A DNA stretch of 58,517 nucleotides. It comes from a virus (lineage: Duplodnaviria; Caudoviricetes). The stretch spans positions 1 through 58,517 of IMG/VR virus record IMGVR_UViG_3300031746_000019. One strand, written 5' to 3'. Shown piece by piece: positions 52,194-58,517 of this stretch (position 1 is its first letter; each line of letters starts with the position of its first letter). Both the position numbers and the translations under genes were made by a program. The notes beneath the pieces were generated by a model, which saw nothing but the letters and a program-made list of their open reading frames with translations, did not search any database and was not told where the DNA came from.

Positions 52194-52616
52194 ATGGCCG
52201 TCTACGGGCGACAGTTCAATCATCTCCAGGAGCTCCTGGACTACCTCAATGACGTGCTGGTCTCCAAAGATCTGGAGCCCACGCTCGATCTGGACGGACT
52301 CGAGCTCGAGTTCAATGCCGGTACAGTCACGTTCGATGGCAACGGACTCACTCCCAATCAGATCGTGGAACAGATCAATGACCAGCTGAGCAATACGTTC
52401 GTTACCCTTCGGAACTACGGGTTGTCTTCCCCCCCACGTTCCAGGCTGGCCATCATCAAGGTGTCAGAGGTTCTGAAGACTTCTGGGACGGCTAACGCAC
52501 TCCTGGGTCTGCCCACCACGGGGGACGACATCACGATCGGGTCGAATCCGAAAGTGAAGGCCGAGATCATTTCGATCACTGAGAACACGAACCGCTTCAC
52601 GGTTCTGCACGAGTAG
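52194..52616 (+). CDS. Hypothetical virion protein (140 aa)
   Basis: GGAGG SD; 'IVEQIN...GTANALLGL' resembles a segment of the sheath ORF ('VKDQMN...GNANSILGF'). Confidence 0.6.
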   Translation: MAVYGRQFNHLQELLDYLNDVLVSKDLEPTLDLDGLELEFNAGTVTFDGNGLTPNQIVEQINDQLSNTFVTLRNYGLSSPPRSRLAIIKVSEVLKTSGTANALLGLPTTGDDITIGSNPKVKAEIISITENTNRFTVLHE

Positions 52617-52625
52617 GAGCCTCTC

Positions 52626-54080
52626 ATGCGCGAGGACGAACTCTACAAGATGCTGCGTGCTGAGGAGTCCTCACAAGAGGACTGGGCTCGAGCGGCAGAC
52701 CAGTTCCTGAAGCTGAAGATCGCATCGGGTGGTGTGACTCAGCACCAGGTCGAGGTGGCGTACCGCAAGGTGAAGGTGGCCTCCCGTTTCCAGGAGCTGG
52801 TGAAGACGGCTATCGATCCCTCGATGGTCGCTCCGGAAGAAGCAGAAGCAGCCACCCAGAAGGGCATGCTTGCTGGCATCCGCAGCAAGGTCACTGGAGA
52901 CATGGGCCGTGCTGAGGGCGTTCGCAGGAAGCGCGGAGAGAACGTCGGCAAGCTCTTGGGGATGCTCGGTGGCGGGGCAATCGGTGGTCAGTTTGGTGGC
53001 TCATCCCCTGCCCTCCACCTGGGTGGGGCGGCCCTGGGTGGTCTTGGTGGGCACATGATCGGCAAGACCCTTGGTTCAGAGATCGATCGCGCTCGCATGG
53101 ATCGTCACATGATGCCTCCCAAGGAAGGGGAGATGGAGAAAGAGACGCTCGCTGCGGCTCCGGAGAGCTGGGTAGCCTCGATCGCCAAGCACGTCAAGGA
53201 CAAGGCCAAGAAGCTCCCCGAGGTAGCCAAGAAGACCAAGTGGACCTCGCTCGAGGACGAGACCAAGGAGGCTGGTGTTCGTGGCATGCTCAGGAAGAGA
53301 GCTGCGGCGAAGATCGCTCAAGAGGGCGATGGTCTCCCAATCCAGCCCACTCCCGGCAACACCACGATGGGCAGTGGTCTTGGTGGGGAGGGAGTACCTC
53401 CGGAGATCGAGCAGTTCATGGCGGCTCAGCAGCAGATGAATGAGGCTGAGTTCTTCCGGCAGCAGGCAGAAGAGGCGGGAGCTCAGGCGCAGCAACTCCA
53501 GGAGCAGGCGGAGACGCTCGACCAGCAGAACCAGCAGCTTCAGCAGCAGGTGCAGCAGACGCAGATGGACAGCCAGCAGCAGACGCAGATGGCGCAGCAG
53601 CAGGCTCAGTCCGCGCAGCAGGAATCTCAGATGGCTCAGCAGGACGCCATGGCAGCGCGGGATGAGAGTCTCCAGGCACAGCAGCAGAGCTTGGCCATCC
53701 GGAATGCTGTGACCCAGTACCGTCAGCAGCTGATGGATCTCCTCTCCCAGGACCCGATGTCCGCGATGGGACCGCCGGCAGTTCCCACAGGGCCAGCCCC
53801 CATGCCTCCTGGCCCTCCCCCGGGTCCTGAGCAAGGTGGGCCACCGCCAGGTGCGGAGGGTATGCCCCCAGGACAGCCCGGGGAGATGCCACCAGAAGCA
53901 GCAGGAGGCCCACCAGGGGCCGAACAGGGCATGCCCCCACCGGGAGCAGAGATGGCTCCTCCCGAGGCTCCACAGGCTCCTCCGGCAGTGCCAGAGGCAC
54001 CCGCCCAGGGTGGAAGTCCTGTAACCGTCAACGTGAAGGCCCCCAAGCCCGCGAAGCAGCCAGCTCAGCCGGCCGCGTAG
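52626..54080 (+). CDS. Gly-zipper / Gln-rich coiled-coil / Pro-rich virion protein (484 aa)
   Basis: FQELVKTA motif, GxxxG hydrophobic hairpin, long poly-Gln coiled coil and Pro-Gly tail. Confidence 0.65.
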   Translation: MREDELYKMLRAEESSQEDWARAADQFLKLKIASGGVTQHQVEVAYRKVKVASRFQELVKTAIDPSMVAPEEAEAATQKGMLAGIRSKVTGDMGRAEGVRRKRGENVGKLLGMLGGGAIGGQFGGSSPALHLGGAALGGLGGHMIGKTLGSEIDRARMDRHMMPPKEGEMEKETLAAAPESWVASIAKHVKDKAKKLPEVAKKTKWTSLEDETKEAGVRGMLRKRAAAKIAQEGDGLPIQPTPGNTTMGSGLGGEGVPPEIEQFMAAQQQMNEAEFFRQQAEEAGAQAQQLQEQAETLDQQNQQLQQQVQQTQMDSQQQTQMAQQQAQSAQQESQMAQQDAMAARDESLQAQQQSLAIRNAVTQYRQQLMDLLSQDPMSAMGPPAVPTGPAPMPPGPPPGPEQGGPPPGAEGMPPGQPGEMPPEAAGGPPGAEQGMPPPGAEMAPPEAPQAPPAVPEAPAQGGSPVTVNVKAPKPAKQPAQPAA

Positions 54081-54089
54081 GAGAGGACA

Positions 54090-54896
54090 ATGGAAAGGTT
54101 CTTGACCCAGTTGTACCAGGAGGAGATGGACAAGACGGCTGAGGTGGAGCTGGAAGAGGCTCTCGTGGCGCAGCCGATGGAGGTACTGGAGGCGATGCTG
54201 GGCATCAGCAAGCACGCGGTGGCTGGACCTCCAGCTCCTGTTCTTCCGGGACCGAACCAGGGCAAGGTACTCGATGCCCGGCAGAAGGCGGTGGACGAGT
54301 TCTCTGCCAAGAACCGTACCGAGCCTCCTCCGACCAGAGATCAATCTGCTGCGGCTACCCACACGAACGATGATGGTGAGCAGAAGAAGGCGATGGTGTG
54401 GGCAGATCAGATGGGACGCAAGATCGCTGGGGTGATGGACCACCTTCGGGAGTTCGGCCGAGGTGTGGGGGCACATGGATCTAATCTAGCAGCGGCTGCC
54501 AAGGGTTTGGTTCGTTCTGACCCAAATGTTTCCCGGATGATGGGCGCCGGTCATCTCGTGGCCCCGGTGGCTGCCCTTGGTGGAACTGCCGCACTGGCTC
54601 ATCACTTGGGAAAGAGAAAGGGACTGAAAGAAAAGTCCTCTCAGGGAGTGGGCGACAGCGGTGGCATGGGTCTCGCAGGTGGAGGCTCAGGACAGGGCAT
54701 CGAGACCACCGGTAGTGCAGACGGTGGAGCAGAGATGTCGACGACGGCGAGTGTGAAGGCAAAGATCGCTTCGATCGCTCTCCGTGCTACCCGTGGTGCT
54801 CCCGATCACATCCGCAAGGTAGCGGCTGCGGTGGCGGGCCAAAAGATCGCAGCAGTAAAGGAGCAGGGTACCAACCCCTTTCGTCTCGGGCGCTAA
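54090..54896 (+). CDS. Leader-like virion protein (268 aa)
   Basis: MERFLTQLYQEEMDKTA N-terminus; Gly/Ala-rich. Confidence 0.65.
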   Translation: MERFLTQLYQEEMDKTAEVELEEALVAQPMEVLEAMLGISKHAVAGPPAPVLPGPNQGKVLDARQKAVDEFSAKNRTEPPPTRDQSAAATHTNDDGEQKKAMVWADQMGRKIAGVMDHLREFGRGVGAHGSNLAAAAKGLVRSDPNVSRMMGAGHLVAPVAALGGTAALAHHLGKRKGLKEKSSQGVGDSGGMGLAGGGSGQGIETTGSADGGAEMSTTASVKAKIASIALRATRGAPDHIRKVAAAVAGQKIAAVKEQGTNPFRLGR

Positions 54897-54927
54897 GGTA
54901 TCTCCGGCGGATAGGGCATCTCTGAGC

Positions 54928-55242
54928 ATGCTCCAGGGAGAGCAGGCCAAGCAGGAGTCCTACCCTGGGCGCATGCTCGGTGGAGCAGCAATGGGGGCGA
55001 TGGCAGGCGGAGCTGTGCTTCCGTGGCTGTCGCACCAAGTTAGTGAGCGGATCCCAGCTACCACCTTGGCAAAAAATCCGCGCCTACTCGCAGCCTTCGA
55101 GGCTTTGACGAGCAAACCAGTGATTGGTGCTGGGTTGGGATTGGCCGCAGGAGCAGGTGTTGGGGCTCTGCTGGCTCATCGTGCGAAGAAGCACCGTGAA
55201 GAACTCACGGCCCAAGCTGCACGTGGCATGAAGCCCAGATGA
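54928..55242 (+). CDS. Gly-zipper hydrophobic protein (104 aa), possibly a +1 frameshift extension of the previous gene
   Basis: Two GxxxG hydrophobic segments; weak SD; frame is open from 54859. Confidence 0.55.
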   Translation: MLQGEQAKQESYPGRMLGGAAMGAMAGGAVLPWLSHQVSERIPATTLAKNPRLLAAFEALTSKPVIGAGLGLAAGAGVGALLAHRAKKHREELTAQAARGMKPR

Positions 55243-56150
55243 GCAACCTCGTCATCAAGAACCCTCTTGTCCGGGGCTTCTCTCTCGACTTTCTGGACGT
55301 GATGTGGGAGATCGAAGACACCTTCCTCGATCCCCACGACTTCTTGATGTACGTCTACCGCAGCGAGTCTCCCATGGGTCCATGGGATCTTGTTGCCGGC
55401 CCCTTCGAAGATCGATACCGCTTCGTTGACAACAGGGTCAATCTCCAGGCTCGGTGGAGGATTCTCTACTACAAGATCAAGAGCGTAGAGAAGATCGACC
55501 CCACGAACGTGATGGAGTCAGATCCCTTCTGGTTGGAGGGGGACCCTGACCTGATTGCGGCAGAGATTCAACGGCTCGAGCGGCTACTCTGGGAAGAGTA
55601 CGCTGGTCGCCGTTGCTTTATCTTCCCGGCTCGTACCTTTGGGCAGCACTGTCCGAACTGCTTCGAGGGACCGGACAAGGGGAAGGGGTACAGCTCCCAG
55701 CGTCGTAGGTCTCAGTGTTTGACCTGCTACGACACGGGGTTTGTGCGGGGGTACTTCGACCCCATCGAGATCTTCATTCAGATTGACCCCTCACCGAAGT
55801 CCGTACAGCCCCTGCCCATCACGGAGCGGCAGCAGAACGACACCACGGCTCGACTTCCTAACTTCCCACTGATGAAGCCTAGGGATATCATTGTCGAAGC
55901 CGAGAACATCCGGTGGCGGGTGGTACAGGTGACTGCGACAGAGAGACTGAGGAGTGTGGTACATCAGGAGCTCAGGCTTCACGAGATTGTGAAGGGAGAC
56001 ATTGAGTTTCAGCTTCCGGTTCGGATCGCAGACTTGAGGAACTTCGAGCCAAGCCCTGGAAGGAACTACACGGACCCTCAAAACCTGGAGAGCTTCGAGC
56101 AAGAAGCGATCAAGAATGTATTTGGGATCTACGGCTATGGTCGACGTTAG
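55239..56150 (+). CDS. Putative head-closure/neck protein with zinc finger (303 aa)
   Basis: FN3-like N-terminus (W...YVYRSES..GPW...FVD...YYKI), CPNC...CLTC, and a beta-barrel-like C-terminus 'P..KPRDIIVE...RWRV'. Confidence 0.5.
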   Translation: MSNLVIKNPLVRGFSLDFLDVMWEIEDTFLDPHDFLMYVYRSESPMGPWDLVAGPFEDRYRFVDNRVNLQARWRILYYKIKSVEKIDPTNVMESDPFWLEGDPDLIAAEIQRLERLLWEEYAGRRCFIFPARTFGQHCPNCFEGPDKGKGYSSQRRRSQCLTCYDTGFVRGYFDPIEIFIQIDPSPKSVQPLPITERQQNDTTARLPNFPLMKPRDIIVEAENIRWRVVQVTATERLRSVVHQELRLHEIVKGDIEFQLPVRIADLRNFEPSPGRNYTDPQNLESFEQEAIKNVFGIYGYGRR

Positions 56151-56499
56151 CTACTCAGCGTTCTTTGACGAACTGTCCAAGATCGCCGAGGCGAAACCTG
56201 AGGACGACAAGGGATACGTCACCAAGGAGAAGCTGAAGCGGCTAGGGCTCGTAGCAGGAGCTGCTGGTCTTGGGGGAGCTGCTGGTGCAGGTGGGGCCTA
56301 CCTGGTGAGAAGGCAGCTTCGGAAGTACAGGCCGGAGATAAAGGGGTTCCTCCACAAGCATCCCAAGCTACGATACCTGATCCCTGGAGCAGCGGGGGCT
56401 TTGGCCGCAGGGGCTGGAGCAGCGGCGGCTTTGAAGAGTCGAAAGGTCAAGCAGTACCTAGAGAAGAAGAAGGATGACCAAGGCAGCGGACCCAAGTAG
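56137..56499 (+). CDS. Leader-family small basic protein with two Gly/Ala hydrophobic helices (120 aa)
   Basis: MVDVSYSAFFDELSKIA N-terminus. Confidence 0.65.
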   Translation: MVDVSYSAFFDELSKIAEAKPEDDKGYVTKEKLKRLGLVAGAAGLGGAAGAGGAYLVRRQLRKYRPEIKGFLHKHPKLRYLIPGAAGALAAGAGAAAALKSRKVKQYLEKKKDDQGSGPK

Positions 56500-57331
56500 C
56501 GCAGTCTACAGCGCGGGGAGACTCGACGCTGATTGGACGAACGACCCGCTGAACTATGCGGTGACGTGTTTCGTTGCCTTCTTGCAGTCTATCTTCGAGG
56601 AGGCTCCCGAGGGGTATTTCCACTGGCGTCTTCTGATGGAGGAGACGGAGATCGTCATCACGGAAGACAACCCCATCAAGATCGAGACCATCGAGCGTAA
56701 GCCAGTGGTCTCTGTCGTTCTAGGTCCGACTCGGTTCAATGGTACCTCCCTCGACGATCTCCTGTCAGTGGATGCGAAGAACGCCTCCGAGACTCACGTC
56801 GATCTCCTGCCCGGAACCATGTCTCTGAACTGCATGAGCAAAGTCCCGCAGGAAGCACGCTTCATTGCTTGGCTGTGTGCCAGAACAATTTGGAACTTGC
56901 GCAAGCTCTTCATCCGGGAAGCAGGGTTTCATGAGGTGGGGCGGAACATCTCCATCGGCTCTGTCAGTCCGGCTGGAGCATTCGTGCAGGGGGATACCGA
57001 AGGGGAATGGCACGTAGTGCCTGTTTCCTGCCCCTTCTTCCTGCGCTGGACAGACAAGGTGACTCCTCTCACTGAGGACTGGTCGGGTAGACCGATCCAC
57101 CCGCTCCAGAGAATCGATATGCGTTTCCGAACGAGGCTCGGCCTCGCTCAACCTAATCTGACGCACTCTCAAGATGCGGGCCCCATTCTGTGGGGCGAAG
57201 AGGCGAGTCGTACCCGTGACAGTCAGATAGCTGCACGGATGCGCCCTGCCTCTATTCGTGGAAGAGTGATCAGAACCAACGACCAGCCGGGATCGACATC
57301 GATTCCGCTGGACACAAAGCACAAGGTCTAG
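56474..57331 (+). CDS. Putative tail completion/terminator protein (285 aa)
   Basis: Directly upstream of the sheath gene; alpha/beta pattern 'P.VSV.LG...MSLNC.S....EA..IA'. Confidence 0.45.
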   Translation: MTKAADPSSAVYSAGRLDADWTNDPLNYAVTCFVAFLQSIFEEAPEGYFHWRLLMEETEIVITEDNPIKIETIERKPVVSVVLGPTRFNGTSLDDLLSVDAKNASETHVDLLPGTMSLNCMSKVPQEARFIAWLCARTIWNLRKLFIREAGFHEVGRNISIGSVSPAGAFVQGDTEGEWHVVPVSCPFFLRWTDKVTPLTEDWSGRPIHPLQRIDMRFRTRLGLAQPNLTHSQDAGPILWGEEASRTRDSQIAARMRPASIRGRVIRTNDQPGSTSIPLDTKHKV

Positions 57332-57346
57332 TGAAGGAGGCCTGCA

Positions 57347-58517
57347 ATGGCAACTGAGCTTCTCCAACCAGGCGTATCTGTCATTCAGGAGTTCCGGACT
57401 GTCAGCCCGACCATCGTGACCCCCACGCTGGTTCCGTGTGCTGTTGGTCCGGCCTTCCAGATCTTGGATGCGCTGGAAACAGACTCGACGGGCAACCGCC
57501 TGATCAACTCCGACGCCATCGCCTCGGTTCCTGCGGTACTCACCGCTGCGAACCCTGGCGACTACGCGGGGCTCGATGGGCTAGTTCTGAAGGTCAGCGT
57601 CAACAACGGCTCCGTTCAGGAGTTCACCTTCGCGGATGCGGGCTCTCTGGGCCTGAGCGCGAATCAGGTGAAGGACCAGATGAACGCTTCCGTTCCTGCT
57701 CCGTCAGGGTTTGCCCCTTACGTGAAGTTGGTGGGAGCGAACTACTACCTCCAGCTTCGGTCGACGAACCTTGGAACGGGACAGCTGCTCAAGGTTCTGG
57801 ATGGGAACGCGAACTCGATCCTTGGATTCAACGACAACTTCCAGGATGAGGGCGTCTCGAACTACCGGAACTACGACGTACGGGTCGAGCAGGCGAACTT
57901 CCCAGATCCAAAGGGGATCATGGACGAGCTGGACGTAGACGAGTCCAGCATCCGAGTCTTCGTCAACGCTGGAAGCTCGGGTGGAACCAACCTGAAGGAG
58001 ATCAAGGACGCTGAGTCCTTCCTCCGCAAGTGGAAGGGTGCGACCTACACGAGCGTTCCGACCTTCGGGAGTGGCTACTACAACACAAAGAAGTTCGCCT
58101 TCCGGTACAAGCGTGGTGACACGACTCACGAGTTCACCTTCGTCAGTGAGCCAGGCAACATCGGAGCCCTGGAAACCGCCATGAACGCTCTGGTGGTCAG
58201 CCTCTCTGGAATCACGTTCGAGGCAGACGGGGCCAACCTGCTGGCGAAGTCTACCTTCGGGTACTTTGAGGTCATGACTCCCTCGGTAGACTCCTGTCAT
58301 GTCCGGCTCGCCTGGACAGACGAGGACAAGGCCTACACGGTCGAGGCCGTGGATGACGGAGATGGGGACTCGAAGACCCCATACATCATCGTCGATCAGG
58401 ACAACTTCAACGCTCCTCCCGATGCGGCAACCCTGCTGGGCACGGTCACGATCTCCACGGAGATCGCGGTACACAACAAGACCTTCATCGCCTCCCTGGA
58501 TGGGGCCATCCAGGGAG
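57347..58517 (+). CDS. Tail sheath protein, N-terminal part (truncated by the window end)
   Basis: Not in the ORF track because it has no stop. AAGGAGG SD; MATELLQPGVSVIQEFRTVSPTIV...CAVGPA resembles the PGVxVxE sheath N-terminus. Confidence 0.7.
   Translation, partial: MATELLQPGVSVIQEFRTVSPTIVTPTLVPCAVGPAFQILDALETDSTGNRLINSDAIASVPAVLTAANPGDYAGLDGLVLKVSVNNGSVQEFTFADAGSLGLSANQVKDQMNASVPAPSGFAPYVKLVGANYYLQLRSTNLGTGQLLKVLDGNANSILGFNDNFQDEGVSNYRNYDVRVEQANFPDPKGIMDELDVDESSIRVFVNAGSSGGTNLKEIKDAESFLRKWKGATYTSVPTFGSGYYNTKKFAFRYKRGDTTHEFTFVSEPGNIGALETAMNALVVSLSGITFEADGANLLAKSTFGYFEVMTPSVDSCHVRLAWTDEDKAYTVEAVDDGDGDSKTPYIIVDQDNFNAPPDAATLLGTVTISTEIAVHNKTFIASLDGAIQG

Noticed and set aside
53430-53730. 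CAG-rich tract as a DNA repeat element
   Set aside because: Explained by the Gln-rich coding sequence; there is no exact periodic unit.

Overview
This window is a fragment of a large tailed dsDNA bacteriophage genome (Caudoviricetes), probably contractile-tailed. I found no cellular housekeeping locus, tRNA, rRNA or CRISPR array. It has two divergent arms that meet at about 18.4 kb. The left arm (1-18393, minus strand) is a replication/recombination module: RusA-like and Hjc-like resolvases, a Cas4-like nuclease, RecA, HU, family A DNA polymerase, a Cys-rich putative SSB, DnaG primase, DnaB helicase, an Hfq/Sm-like protein, a DUF932-like protein, family 4 UDG, and an intein-containing SF2 helicase. 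The right arm (18525-end, mostly plus strand) is the virion module: portal, a 2056-aa single-chain beta-beta' RNA polymerase, a gpV-like spike, terminase, an intein-containing prohead protease, scaffold-like proteins, major capsid protein, neck proteins and the start of a tail sheath. The most notable signals are: (1) at least six virion-module proteins share a short 'F-x-DEL-x-K-x-[AGS]' leader in front of unrelated, mostly Gly/Ala-rich cargo, a candidate capsid-targeting/maturation system; (2) a helicase intein carries a DUF559/Vsr-like endonuclease as a separate gene nested in the +1 frame; (3) a -1 frameshift cassette (G_GGA_AAC, 6-nt spacer, H-type pseudoknot) sits in a non-tail gene; (4) a GG(T/C)ATAAG motif precedes minus-strand units while sigma70-like promoters precede the virion genes, suggesting a virion-RNAP-early/host-RNAP-late programme; (5) a structured candidate ncRNA with two GCCGGC palindromic loops lies just upstream of the terminase. 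All calls come from motif recognition by eye; no database searches were run.
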